This document shows positions 19,147 to 29,427 of a stretch of 64,000 bases of DNA, piece by piece. A program made the translations under genes and the position numbers. This DNA comes from a bacterium. GTDB taxonomy: Bacteria; JAAXHH01. Numbering within the stretch: the stretch's first letter is position 1; the number at the start of each line of letters is the position of its first letter. The notes beneath the pieces were generated by a model. The model saw nothing but the letters and a program-made list of their open reading frames with translations, was not told the DNA's origin and did no database searches. Where the stretch lies: NCBI GenBank assembly GCA_965262815.1, contig OZ253560.1, positions 2,547,287-2,611,286 on the forward strand, given 5' to 3'.

Positions 19147-20673
19147 TTAAGTCCGGCCGCGCCGGATCCAGGGTTCCAGTACATCGCGGGGGTGATCAGG
19201 AAACCCGTCCACGCCCCTGGACCGGGCGAACTGGTATATTCGCGAGGCCTTCCACTTCGTGTAGGGAAAGGACCGCAGGTTGTCACCTTCCAGGGCGTCC
19301 GAAGCACCCGGATGCCCGCAAGCCTCGACGGCGAGCCGGTGCAGGTCGTTCGCCACTCCCCGGTCGGCCGCGATTCGATTCACCACTTCCGCCGGGTCTT
19401 CAGCCGTGTTGAAAAGCTGCGCCCTGCCGCCGTTGGCCAGGTAAATGTACTTCCAGTCGCCGCTTCGGACCATGATTTTGAACCGGTCAGTCCCCGGCTC
19501 GCCGTAGTAACCGAACAGGTGCTCCCGGGGTGCGGCATCGCCTTCGATCGCGCCGAGCACGTCCACCCCCTCGCGCATTTGGATATGGCCGGCGGCGCGG
19601 GTGGCGATGGCGAAGAGATCGGTCAGGCAGACCAGGTCGCATCGACGGACATCCCTCGGCAGTCGGGCGGGCCAGCTTACCAGGAAGGGCACCCGAGCCG
19701 AGACGTCGAAGAAACTCTCCTTCTGCCACGCGGTATGGTCGCCGAGATGATCGCCATGGTCCGAGAAGAAGCAGATGAGCGTGTTGTCGGCGTCATCGCG
19801 GGCGTCGACGGCGTCCAGTATCCGTCCCAGACAGTCGTCTATGTAGGTGATCTCTCCGTAATAACGGGCCTTGAGCGTCCGTGTCAAGGCATCGTTTATT
19901 TCATCCGCCCAGATGATCCGGTTCATGAAGGGTATCTGCTCGTCCATGTGGTCCACCGCCAGGTCGCCCCGGACCGGGCCGGACATGCGATCGGGATCGT
20001 AGATCCGGTTGAACGGTATGGGCGGCGCGAAGGGGGGATGGGGACCGATGAAGGACACGAACCCGAAATAGGGCCGGCTGCCGGGTTGCCTCAATGCCTC
20101 GATCGAGCGGTCCGCCGCCCAGGATTCCACGGTCAGGTGCGCGGGCAGCGGACTGGCCTGGGGCATGTAGTACATTTCCGTCCGTTCCCCCATCAACGCT
20201 TCGATGTAGTCGAAGTCCGGGTGTTCACGGGCGATCCATCCCGCGTAGGCGTCCCCCTTTCGTTGCTCCGGACTGCTGTAAAGCTCTTCGCTATGTAGCT
20301 GGGACCCATAGCCGATGTCTTCGTTCCACGGAGCCGAGTGGAACTTCCCCACACCGAAGGTGCGGTAACCCTGTGCCGACAGGGTGCGGGCGAGATAGTC
20401 CCCGCAACGGCCTTCGAGCGTTTCGGCCTGTCCCGGAACGGGAATGGAACGGCTGTTGCTGAAAATGCGGGTCGTGGGTGGATCGCATCCCGTACGGATG
20501 GTCGCCCGCGCCGCTACGCAAACCGGACAGGTCGAGTAGCCCTGGGTAAAGGATACGCCCCGCCGCACCAGCCGGTCCATGTTGGGGGTGTGTATGTTGC
20601 CGTTCCCCAGCGCGGCGATGGTATCGAAACGCTGTTGATCCGTCATGATGAACAGGATGTTGGGTTGGGTCAT
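19147..20673 (-). CDS. sulfatase (arylsulfatase family), cytoplasmic; C-X-A-X-R variant
   Basis: IFIMTDQQRFD and …YSTCPVCVAARATIRTG… The N-terminus begins directly at the catalytic domain with no signal peptide. Confidence 0.8.
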   Translation of the reverse strand: MTQPNILFIMTDQQRFDTIAALGNGNIHTPNMDRLVRRGVSFTQGYSTCPVCVAARATIRTGCDPPTTRIFSNSRSIPVPGQAETLEGRCGDYLARTLSAQGYRTFGVGKFHSAPWNEDIGYGSQLHSEELYSSPEQRKGDAYAGWIAREHPDFDYIEALMGERTEMYYMPQASPLPAHLTVESWAADRSIEALRQPGSRPYFGFVSFIGPHPPFAPPIPFNRIYDPDRMSGPVRGDLAVDHMDEQIPFMNRIIWADEINDALTRTLKARYYGEITYIDDCLGRILDAVDARDDADNTLICFFSDHGDHLGDHTAWQKESFFDVSARVPFLVSWPARLPRDVRRCDLVCLTDLFAIATRAAGHIQMREGVDVLGAIEGDAAPREHLFGYYGEPGTDRFKIMVRSGDWKYIYLANGGRAQLFNTAEDPAEVVNRIAADRGVANDLHRLAVEACGHPGASDALEGDNLRSFPYTKWKASRIYQFARSRGVDGFPDHPRDVLEPWIRRGRT

Positions 20674-20683
20674 CGAGGTCCTC

Positions 20684-22084
20684 TCAACTGTGCTGCCGCC
20701 ATATGCGGCCGACCGCGTTCAGCTTGTCGTCGCCGAGATACCCGTACCGATTGATCCATACGCCGTCGGCTGGACTTTCCGCCACCACCCGGAATCGCCG
20801 AACAAAATCGTGCAGGGGGCCGTATCCGTGCATCAGCGGGGTTACAAGCGCACGCCCGTTCACTTCCGCGCAGACCTGCTCGATCCGGCGCCGCTGGGCG
20901 TCATCAGGAACCGGATGGGGTTCCTCGGGCCCGGGATACCCGTATTGATCGATCCGGGTAGCCACAATGTCGTCCCCGAGGTCGAAGAGATGGGCCAGCG
21001 ACCGCACCACGAGGCCTTCGTCCAGCCCGGGATTCCGTTCAAGCAGCGTCCGGCCCCAGAATTCCACCATGACCGACCAGTGCATGGTATACAGCTTTGG
21101 AGACACCGCGTCGCACAGGGCCGACGCCCCGCGGAAGTCGAAACCGGTCCAGAGGGTGAGCGGGGACATGAACGAGTTGGCCGAGAGTTCCATATCGGGT
21201 CCGCCATGGGCCGTGATGACGGTTCTCCAGTGACGCAGCAGGTCGTTGGACAGGGCGGTTTTCAGGCGCAGCCATTCCACGATTCCCGGAAAGGACCGGA
21301 ATAACGCGGTCAGTGTTGCCGCGCCCCGTCCGGGACCGCTGAAGTCGAGCAGGTCGCGGTTGGCGAGCCGGCCGTGCAGATAGTCGTAGCCCGCCCGGAC
21401 TTCACGCTGGATGGCCTTGAATTCAAAATGGCGTTCCTCCGCCCAGCGCTTGACCTGGGGATTGAAATCCTGGAAGGCCTCGTCCAGCTTGTAACAGGGG
21501 TATTCGGGCCAGTCCGGTCGAAACCCGGTAATCCGGGGATACTGCTCCAGCAGATCGCGAACGTAAGCGGTGATATAAGCCCGGATCGCCTCGCTGGCGA
21601 GACACCCCGTGTCGGCCATGCGGTCCGGCAACTGCCCGTCCGGTCTCCTCGGCCGGTCGTCGTCCGTCAAGCCCGGCGGCGTAGCGGCGCTCAGTTGCAG
21701 GTAGACCTTGAGTCCCCGGTCCAGCGCACCGTCGATAAAACGGTCGACCAGGTCTCCGTGCGTGGACGTCAGTTCATTGGGCTCGCGAGGTTTGTACGGT
21801 GTATCGGCATAGTAGGACGTTCGGGGGATATAACTCGGGGCGCTCCGGACCCAGAGCGAACGCCGGCCCCACAGGGGTCGATCGAAAATCCGGGGACTGC
21901 TTCCGGCGTCGCTGGGCGGTTGAAAAGAACCGACTCCTTCCTCCGACGGCGCGGTCACCGTTGGATTCAGGGCCACGGCCGTGGCGCCCGCCCGGTCGAC
22001 CAGGTTGTCCAGTACGGCGTCCACCCCTTCGTTCAGGATGAAATCGGCCAGGACTGTTATGCCCAGCAGTCGTTTCTTACTCAT
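20684..22084 (-). CDS. hypothetical protein (possibly TIM-barrel hydrolase-like)
   Basis: 466-aa ORF with native codon usage inside the operon, tightly packed between two sulfatase genes. I recognise no motif with confidence. Confidence 0.45.
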   Translation of the reverse strand: MSKKRLLGITVLADFILNEGVDAVLDNLVDRAGATAVALNPTVTAPSEEGVGSFQPPSDAGSSPRIFDRPLWGRRSLWVRSAPSYIPRTSYYADTPYKPREPNELTSTHGDLVDRFIDGALDRGLKVYLQLSAATPPGLTDDDRPRRPDGQLPDRMADTGCLASEAIRAYITAYVRDLLEQYPRITGFRPDWPEYPCYKLDEAFQDFNPQVKRWAEERHFEFKAIQREVRAGYDYLHGRLANRDLLDFSGPGRGAATLTALFRSFPGIVEWLRLKTALSNDLLRHWRTVITAHGGPDMELSANSFMSPLTLWTGFDFRGASALCDAVSPKLYTMHWSVMVEFWGRTLLERNPGLDEGLVVRSLAHLFDLGDDIVATRIDQYGYPGPEEPHPVPDDAQRRRIEQVCAEVNGRALVTPLMHGYGPLHDFVRRFRVVAESPADGVWINRYGYLGDDKLNAVGRIWRQHS

Positions 22085-23444
22085 TTTTTATCGGATGGTC
22101 GTTTGTGGCCATGGCCGCGAGTTGTGCTTCGATGAAACGGTCCGCGCGGTCGTTTTCCATTTCGGGGTCGCAAATCGAGCGGAGTTCCCCTTCCAGGTCG
22201 GAGGCTACCGCCGGGAACTCCCCGTACACGTTCTGTAACTCGTCGGGATCCCGGTCCAGATCGAACAACTGGTGAGGCGCGTCCACGTGATGCAGGTATT
22301 TCCATCCGCCCTTTCGGATCATGTAAGCGCTGTGCCTGACCCCGTGCCCGTGGTACTCCGAAAACACGACCCGCTGATCATCGCTTACCGGTATGCGCTG
22401 CAGGGGGAGTCCTGTCCAGTGCGCCGGCCGGTCGGCGCCGGTCGATTCGAACAGGCTCGCCTGCACGTCGTGAAGGTCCACCGGCGTAGACACGCGCGTT
22501 CCGGTCTGAAAGTCGGGGCCCGAAGCTATGCACGGCACCCGGCAGGCGTCTTCGTAAAGAGAGCACTTCCACCACATGCCGAACTTTCCGAGCATCTCCC
22601 CGTGGTCCGAAGTATATACGACGTTCGTATCGTCGTACAGGCCCGAGGTCTTCAGCGCTTCGATCAGACGCGCCAGCTGCCGGTCCACGAAGGTGACGCA
22701 GGCCAGGTATCCACGGCGCTGGCCCCGTACCTGCTCCTCGGTGAATTCGCCCGTCTGGAAATGTTCCCTCACTTCACGGGCGCGCGGGTGGTTCGCGGTC
22801 TCCTGCTCGACCCCGTACTCCGGCAGATCGCCGCCCTGCGGGTAGAGGTCCCACAGATCCCGGGAGGTATAGTGGGGGAAATGAGGGTGGTTGATGTTCA
22901 CAGCCAGCGTCCAGGGCTTCCCCAGCGAAGGCGCGGTATTCGACAGCCAGTCGATGGCGGCGTCGACTTTACCCAGGTCGATCTGGAGATGTGACTCCTT
23001 CACCCCAAACCGGGTTGCCCTCTCCGCGGCGGCCCGCCGGATGCGGAAAGGCCTGCGGCCGACTTCCACGTCGCCGCGCGCGGCGTCCGCTCCGGACCTG
23101 CGCACCTCGCGGAAACCCAGTTCCCCGCCAGGTGCGAAGACATGGGTTTTGCCCACGTGCACGGAGTGTACGCCCTGATCCGCCAGCACGCGCCCGTAGG
23201 TGGGAATATCCGGATCGACGCCGATTCTGCAGTTGCTGTAAGCCTGTATCTGGTGGACCCTGCGCCCCGACATGAAAGCGGACCTGCAGGGCATGCACAG
23301 GGGCGACGGGCAGTAGGCGTTCTCGTACGTGACGCCGTTCTCCGCCAGCTGGTCCATGGCCGGCGTCTGAACAAAGGGATGACCGTAGACCGAGGAGTAC
23401 AGGGGATTGTGTTCGTCGGAGATGAGCAGGAGGACATTGGCCAT
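22077..23444 (-). CDS. sulfatase (formylglycine-dependent), cytoplasmic
   Basis: LLLISDEHNP and …LCMPCRSAFMSG (C-X-P-X-R). No signal peptide. Confidence 0.8.
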   Translation of the reverse strand: MANVLLLISDEHNPLYSSVYGHPFVQTPAMDQLAENGVTYENAYCPSPLCMPCRSAFMSGRRVHQIQAYSNCRIGVDPDIPTYGRVLADQGVHSVHVGKTHVFAPGGELGFREVRRSGADAARGDVEVGRRPFRIRRAAAERATRFGVKESHLQIDLGKVDAAIDWLSNTAPSLGKPWTLAVNINHPHFPHYTSRDLWDLYPQGGDLPEYGVEQETANHPRAREVREHFQTGEFTEEQVRGQRRGYLACVTFVDRQLARLIEALKTSGLYDDTNVVYTSDHGEMLGKFGMWWKCSLYEDACRVPCIASGPDFQTGTRVSTPVDLHDVQASLFESTGADRPAHWTGLPLQRIPVSDDQRVVFSEYHGHGVRHSAYMIRKGGWKYLHHVDAPHQLFDLDRDPDELQNVYGEFPAVASDLEGELRSICDPEMENDRADRFIEAQLAAMATNDHPIKNE

Positions 23445-23453
23445 GCACCTACC

Positions 23454-24278
23454 TCATTTCCCGCCGAGGAAAGCCTTCAGGGGAACGTCTTCGTCTTCGG
23501 GCAGATAGTAGCTGAGCGCATCGCCCACTTCGCCGATCAACTGTTTCTGCAAGGGCGTGCACCTGTCCACGAGCGACCTCGGCATCTGGATGTAGTCCAT
23601 GGGCTTGACCCACCGGTATGCGTAGCCCATGAAAATGGTCCGGCGATCGTGACCGCACCAGTTGTGCCCGATGCTGTGGAAGGTCCGCTGTTCGAACAGG
23701 AAGGCGCTGCCGGCCGGCAGGTTCATCTGGATGGCGCCATAGGGCCAGCCTGTGGCCGGGTCCGTGGGCGGCTCGCCGGTAATCCGATTGCTTCCGGGTA
23801 CCAGGGCGGTGGCTCCCGATGCCGGATCCGTCTGGTCGCTGAGCACGTAGGCGATCTTCAACAGGATCCGGGGGTGGGGTTCCTGCATTTCGACGAAGGA
23901 CCGGCCGCCGTCCCGGTGCATTCCGTGCTTCTGCTTCACCTCCACTGAGGGCTCCGGCCCCGAAGGTAGGACGATGAGTTGGGAGGTGATCATCTGGATA
24001 TTCCAGCTGAGCGCACCCCATGCCAGGGGGACGGTCGACGGCCAGTCGAGCAGTTTAAGGAACGCGTCGTGGGCCACGATACAGTTGCGGATATTCAGAT
24101 CGCGGTTTTTTCCGAGCGTTCCTTCCGTCTGGGCCCTGTCGTACACAACGTCGATCGCTTCGTTCAATTCCCCGACGACGGAAGGTGGCAGCGCGTCTTC
24201 GATGACCAGGTAGCCGTACTGGTCCAGGTGTTCCCGCTGTGCGTCGGTCATGACGGTATAGTCTTGAGTGAGTTCCAT
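23454..24278 (-). CDS. phytanoyl-CoA dioxygenase (PhyH) family protein
   Basis: 274 aa with a PhyH-like fold (…HRDGGRSF… / …HSIGHNW…). Confidence 0.6.
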   Translation of the reverse strand: MELTQDYTVMTDAQREHLDQYGYLVIEDALPPSVVGELNEAIDVVYDRAQTEGTLGKNRDLNIRNCIVAHDAFLKLLDWPSTVPLAWGALSWNIQMITSQLIVLPSGPEPSVEVKQKHGMHRDGGRSFVEMQEPHPRILLKIAYVLSDQTDPASGATALVPGSNRITGEPPTDPATGWPYGAIQMNLPAGSAFLFEQRTFHSIGHNWCGHDRRTIFMGYAYRWVKPMDYIQMPRSLVDRCTPLQKQLIGEVGDALSYYLPEDEDVPLKAFLGGK

Positions 24279-24314
24279 TCGGTGTCCTGTCCTTCCGGCA
24301 GCCGTTTCGTTGGT

Positions 24315-26102
24315 TCAGTAGTCGATACGCCGGCCGCTATTCACGGCCTCCCGGCCGATGTAGATATCATAGTAGGCATTTCCGTTACGGTAATTCGGAA
24401 AGGTACCCCACCTGTCCTGCTTGAATCCCTTCAGCCAGGGCTTGCGCAACTGGTGCGCCTTGACATGCCAGAGGAATACGGCGGCGGCCTCGGAAGAGAG
24501 TATGCGTTCGGCCTCGTCGTACATCGCCATGCGTGCCTGGGGATTCATTTCTCCCGCGGCCCGGTCTATCAGCCGATCGAAGTCCGGGTTCAGCCAGTCG
24601 TGGCGGGTATAGCCCTTGGGCTGGGAACGCCAAATGATGCCCAGCATGCTGTGCGGATCGGGAAAATCGTAATTGAATCCGATGAGGCTCATGGGCATTT
24701 CCCAGTTGTACATGGCCGACCGGTAGGCGGTGCCTTCCGTATTCCGAAGGCCGATCTGGATATTGAGGTTTTCCTTCAGCATCTCCTGGACCGCCTGGGC
24801 CGCCTGGCTGATGGACGAAGCCGGCGAAGCGTCTGCCAGCCAGATGTCCATCCGGGGAAAACCCCGGCCCTCCGGGTAGCCCGCTTCGGCGAGCAACTGC
24901 CTGGCCAGGTCGACGTCGTACCGCTGGTACGCGCGGTGCTTGTCGCCCACGTAGCCGGGAAAATGAAGAGGCAGCATGGTGTAGGCCGGGATCATCATGC
25001 CCTGGAGGATCGTCTCGTTCAGCGCCTCCTGGTCGATCGCGTGGGCGAAGGCCTGTCGGACCTTCAGGTTGTCGAAGGGCGGCTGACGGGTGCGGAAGTA
25101 GAGATAGATGGTCGAGAACTGGTCGTAGGTCCACGTCCGCTCGTTCGATTCCGGGTCGCCGCGCAGGCCGCCGTAGATCATGGGACTGATGTCGATCACG
25201 TCGATTTCGTCGTTCTCGTACGGCAGCAGTCCCATATCGTTCGCCGCGCTGGCCGATCCGATCATGGCGTTGAACACCCGGACGATCTGGCGGAGATGGC
25301 CGGGATTGGGACCCGCGTAGTGAGGATTCAGGCCGAAAGTCATGTACTGGCCCGTTTTCCAGGTTTCCAACTGGAAGGGTCCATTGCTCAGGCAGGTGCC
25401 CTCCATGCTCCACTGGTCGCCGTACTTCTCCACCTGCCAGGGTGGGACGGGCGAGGAGGAGTGGTAGGCGGTGATATGGGGAAGAAAGGCGCAGGACTGC
25501 TCGGTTTCGATAACCAGGGTGTAGTCGTCCACGGCCCGGACGCCCACGGCGTCGACGTCCTCGGTTTCCCGCTGGTTATAGGCCCGGGCGCCCTTGATGT
25601 CGTAGTAGAGGAATGCATACACGTTGCCCGCGTCGGGATGGAGGAAGCGTTTGAAGGTGAATTCGAAGTCGTGGGCCGTTACCGGGCGCCCGTCACTCCA
25701 GTACGCGTTGCGGCGAAGGTAAAAAGTCCACGTCTTTCCATCTTCAGAAGGCTCCCACGATTCCGCCGCCCCGGGCGTGAGTTCGCCGTTCATGCCAAAC
25801 ATGGCCAGTCGTTCGAAGAGGAACTCACTGCCGCCGGCCACGTAGAGCGACACCCCCTGGTCCATGCTCTTGGGTTCCGCAGCCATGTACCTGAACACCT
25901 GGTATTCAAGCGGCGCGGCGTCTTCGGGCAGTCGTTCCAACAGGGCGGCTTGGGATGCCTGAATCATCTCCCCGGTTTGTCCGTACAGCAAGGGCGGCGA
26001 GGTCTCATCGCCTTCGGGAGGCCGGTCGTCGCTGCATTGTATCAGTAGCAGCGTGCCGGCGGTCACAAAGAGCGCGGCGACGCGTTGTAATGGTTGGCTC
26101 AT
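24315..26102 (-). CDS. ABC transporter substrate-binding protein, family 5 (peptide/opine/nickel type), lipoprotein
   Basis: 595 aa with a signal peptide + Cys (…LLLIQCSDD). SBP_bac_5-like length and motifs. No adjacent permease or ATPase genes. Confidence 0.7.
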   Translation of the reverse strand: MSQPLQRVAALFVTAGTLLLIQCSDDRPPEGDETSPPLLYGQTGEMIQASQAALLERLPEDAAPLEYQVFRYMAAEPKSMDQGVSLYVAGGSEFLFERLAMFGMNGELTPGAAESWEPSEDGKTWTFYLRRNAYWSDGRPVTAHDFEFTFKRFLHPDAGNVYAFLYYDIKGARAYNQRETEDVDAVGVRAVDDYTLVIETEQSCAFLPHITAYHSSSPVPPWQVEKYGDQWSMEGTCLSNGPFQLETWKTGQYMTFGLNPHYAGPNPGHLRQIVRVFNAMIGSASAANDMGLLPYENDEIDVIDISPMIYGGLRGDPESNERTWTYDQFSTIYLYFRTRQPPFDNLKVRQAFAHAIDQEALNETILQGMMIPAYTMLPLHFPGYVGDKHRAYQRYDVDLARQLLAEAGYPEGRGFPRMDIWLADASPASSISQAAQAVQEMLKENLNIQIGLRNTEGTAYRSAMYNWEMPMSLIGFNYDFPDPHSMLGIIWRSQPKGYTRHDWLNPDFDRLIDRAAGEMNPQARMAMYDEAERILSSEAAAVFLWHVKAHQLRKPWLKGFKQDRWGTFPNYRNGNAYYDIYIGREAVNSGRRIDY

Positions 26103-26122
26103 GCGTTCTCCCTGCTGTTCTC

Positions 26123-27604
26123 CTACACCCCTGGCGGTTCGATGCCCAGGCGAGTGAATTGTTCCGGCATGGCCTCGCAGGCATTCAGGTGGTGCGCGAT
26201 CCGGGCGGCGAAGCGGGCCTCAAGGACAGGATCGCTTAACGGGCGCTGCTGCCGCGGGTCTTCCACGATATCGAAAAGCTGGTTCCGGCCCGCGTAGGAC
26301 GCTTCATCGGGGTGATGCCGCGGGACTTTGCCCACCGTGGGTATCTTGTACAGGGGCAGGTTATAGGTATGGCCGAAGTACCGGCCGGTTTCCACCCGGT
26401 CGTAAACCTCTCTCGGATACCACCGGTTCAGCCCGCCCGTGGGCATGGCCGTGTACGCGTACAGGGGTCCGGCGTCTTCATTCACCGGGTTGCGCATGTA
26501 CACGTAGCGCCCATCTGTGACGTTCATCGCCATGCCGAAGTATCCGAATATCCCGTCTCCGCGGATCGTTTCGCCGTCCGGCACCCCTCTCAACGAACAT
26601 CCCTGCACGTGGGGCGGCGGCGGCACGTCGAAGTAATCGAGAAAGGTCGGCATCAGGTCGATGGTCTGCGTGAGCGCGGCGGTCCGCGTGCCGGCCCCAG
26701 TGTTGCCGGGAAAGCTGGCGATCAGGGGAATGCGGACGATCTCGTTGTACAGCGGCATGATGTTCTTCATCCAGAAATCATGCTCGGCCAGCATGGTCCC
26801 GTGATCCGTGGTAAACACGACGAGGGTGTCATCCCAGATGCCCAGGTCGTCGAGCGTATCGAAAATCCTTCCGACCCAGTGGTCCGTCATCGTCAGCAGA
26901 CCGGCGTAACACTTCCGGATGTGGGCGATGGCTTCGGGAGACTCGTGCACTTCATCGTAACTGGGCCAATCGTAGAACGGACCGTCGTAGTCGTCCTGGT
27001 ACATCGCGCGGTATTCTTCGGTGCAGTAAAAAGGCTCGTGGGGATCGAAGATCTCGACCTGCAGGAACCAGTCGTCGGTCGCCTGGTTAGTCTTCAGCCA
27101 CTCGATGGCCGACTGCGCGGTTTTGGGACCGGAGAAATCCTCTTCGCGTTGCTGCAGTTTACGGTTGCCGAAGCTTTGCTGGGTCAATTTCCCCAGGTGG
27201 TCGGGCAGGGCCATCCGGTCCACGTGGGAAGCCCACCAGTCGTTTTCCTGGCCGCGGAAGAAATCCCACGTATTGAAGGCCGTGTGGTAGTTCTCGCCCC
27301 CCAGTTCGAAGTAGTGGTAATGGTCGGTCAGCAGATGGGTGAATACGTCGTGCTTCCTCAACTCTCCAGGCAGGGTATCGTCGTAGGGCTCGATGGGGCC
27401 CCAGCCCCGGTAGATGAAATTGTACCGGCCCGTCATGAACTCCCGGCGCGCCGGCATGCAGGGCAGCGAACCCACCCAGTGGTTATCGAAAACGACGCCC
27501 CGCTCGGCCAGGCGGTCCAGGCTGGGGGTATGTACCCAGTCGTTTCCATAGGTGGACAGGAAGTCCCGCCGGACAGTATCCAATACGATGAATACGCATT
27601 TCAT
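26123..27604 (-). CDS. sulfatase (formylglycine-dependent), cytoplasmic
   Basis: VFIVLDTVRRD and …SLPCMPARREFMTG (C-X-P-X-R). No signal peptide. Confidence 0.8.
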   Translation of the reverse strand: MKCVFIVLDTVRRDFLSTYGNDWVHTPSLDRLAERGVVFDNHWVGSLPCMPARREFMTGRYNFIYRGWGPIEPYDDTLPGELRKHDVFTHLLTDHYHYFELGGENYHTAFNTWDFFRGQENDWWASHVDRMALPDHLGKLTQQSFGNRKLQQREEDFSGPKTAQSAIEWLKTNQATDDWFLQVEIFDPHEPFYCTEEYRAMYQDDYDGPFYDWPSYDEVHESPEAIAHIRKCYAGLLTMTDHWVGRIFDTLDDLGIWDDTLVVFTTDHGTMLAEHDFWMKNIMPLYNEIVRIPLIASFPGNTGAGTRTAALTQTIDLMPTFLDYFDVPPPPHVQGCSLRGVPDGETIRGDGIFGYFGMAMNVTDGRYVYMRNPVNEDAGPLYAYTAMPTGGLNRWYPREVYDRVETGRYFGHTYNLPLYKIPTVGKVPRHHPDEASYAGRNQLFDIVEDPRQQRPLSDPVLEARFAARIAHHLNACEAMPEQFTRLGIEPPGV

Positions 27605-28329
27605 TATGCTTTGTCTTTCTTGCCGTAGCTGTGGCCGCCGAGTATGGCCCGCACGTCGTCGGCAGAACGGGCATTCTGGAAGGCGGCGATTCGTACTTCC
27701 TCCTCGGCCGCCAGGGCCGTGGCGTTTTTGAGTACCGCATCTACCTTACCAGCCGGAAACTTGCAGGCGCCGTTCTCGTCCATGTGGATGATCTCGCCCG
27801 GGGCCACGTCCATCCCGCCCACGGAAACCGGCACGTTCACCGCGTGCACGGACATGTCGCCGTGCCCGGGTGTCACGCCGCTCAAAAGGTACTGGAACTT
27901 CATGGGCCGAATCTCGTCGATGTCCCGGGAGGGCCCGTTGGAGACGACACCGACGCAACCGGCCGCCTTGGCGGAGGCTGTCATGTTCCCGCCGGCCAGA
28001 CCCACCTTGCCGGCGATTTCCGGAGGGAACTTCTGCTGAATCACGAGAATGGTCGGCCTCGGGGATTCGTCCAGGGCGTCGATCACATCGAGGAAGGACA
28101 GATTCTTGAAACCCGGTTCGGGCAGGCCGAAGACGCAGGTTACGGCATAGCCCACGGTACGCCCCAGATCGGGATAAATACATTTTATGGTCTGGTCCGT
28201 GTACCAGTTCTCCGTCCAGGGATTGTACAAACCCAGGCAAAGGGGATGGGTGGGATAGGTCGCCACCACGTTCGTGATCGTGGGCGTATCGAATTGCTTC
28301 AACGCTTCCAGCGCCTCCTGCGTGGCCAT
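27604..28329 (-). CDS. RraA-like/demethylmenaquinone-methyltransferase-fold family protein
   Basis: 241 aa (…GCVGVVSNGPSRDIDEI…), first gene of the minus-strand operon. Confidence 0.5.
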   Translation of the reverse strand: MATQEALEALKQFDTPTITNVVATYPTHPLCLGLYNPWTENWYTDQTIKCIYPDLGRTVGYAVTCVFGLPEPGFKNLSFLDVIDALDESPRPTILVIQQKFPPEIAGKVGLAGGNMTASAKAAGCVGVVSNGPSRDIDEIRPMKFQYLLSGVTPGHGDMSVHAVNVPVSVGGMDVAPGEIIHMDENGACKFPAGKVDAVLKNATALAAEEEVRIAAFQNARSADDVRAILGGHSYGKKDKA

Positions 28330-28564
28330 GCCATGCTCCTTCCGGAGTCAGTGCGGTAAGGGTGTCGTGATTCGAACGGTCTGATCGGTGGAATGAACCT
28401 GCAAAATATGGTTTCAATCCGGCCGGGTGTCAAGCCAGTATTCGGTTCAGGTTGTCTGTGTGCGTTCGAGGTGCCAGCGAGTGATTCAGCTTCTCGATAT
28501 GCCCGTCTCGCGGTACTTCCCCCATTCTGGCAAACAACCGATCTAAGAACCTGACTTCCAATCA

Positions 28565-29098
28565 TCAACCGGACGTTCCAGGCTGTAGTGACCGCTGCCA
28601 GAGGGCCATTGAGTAGAACTCGTACGAAGCGGCCTTGTCGGGCACGTCGACCAAATGGACGGTGAATCGGCACGGCACGCCGTTGTCCGGGAGGTAATCC
28701 CTGAAGAAACCGCTGTAGGCCCTTGCATAGGCTTCCTTCAGTCGATCCTGTTCGGCCGCGTATCCAACCGGGTCCACGAGGGGGTTGGGTGATTTGGGCT
28801 GACATCCGAAGGCGTGCACCTCGATGAAATCGACTTCCCGAAGTGATTTGCACAGCCCGGCGTCCACCAGCCATTTTTCCCAGCTTTTGAAGACCAGGGG
28901 GATCTCCTGGTCTGGATCCATCGTCACCAGTTCATCCCGTTCCATAACGCCCTGGGCCGAATAGCCGCCCGTAAGACCGGCAAAATAGATCTTGAGATCG
29001 CCGTCCGGCTGCTCTTCCGTCACCAGGGCCGACAATACCGGATGGTCGCCGTGGTAGTAATAGGTCAACTTCCCGCGTTTCCTGATGTTGAAAGCCAT
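28565..29098 (-). CDS. hypothetical protein
   Basis: 177-aa ORF with balanced, non-shadow composition. No recognised motif. Confidence 0.4.
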   Translation of the reverse strand: MAFNIRKRGKLTYYYHGDHPVLSALVTEEQPDGDLKIYFAGLTGGYSAQGVMERDELVTMDPDQEIPLVFKSWEKWLVDAGLCKSLREVDFIEVHAFGCQPKSPNPLVDPVGYAAEQDRLKEAYARAYSGFFRDYLPDNGVPCRFTVHLVDVPDKAASYEFYSMALWQRSLQPGTSG

Positions 29099-29427
29099 TG
29101 AATCTCCTCAGATAGTGGTGTCGTACCGACTTCGATTGGTGTGAAACAGCACAATTTCGGTAGATATTCCGAATGGTTAATCTACAGGGTGTGTCAAGGC
29201 CGGGCCACGGGAGGAATCGATCTCGCGCAGTCCATATCATAGGGTTCATAATGGCCTTTTGACTACCCGGTATCACTATGTATATTCTGTTGCCTCGCGG
29301 TCGCCGGATCCTACAATAGAAAGCCGGATCATACAAAAGAGAGAGTAGTCCGTCTAAAGATGATCGATATTTCGGAATCCTCCAGTCGCATACAAAAACG
29401 TGGTATCGCCGGAAGATCGAGACCATC

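Noticed and set aside
23979-27628. Long plus-strand ORFs (689 aa and 438 aa) and the minus ORF 24385-25413
   Set aside because: Antisense or out-of-frame relative to the SBP and sulfatase genes, which carry canonical motifs. No motifs of their own.
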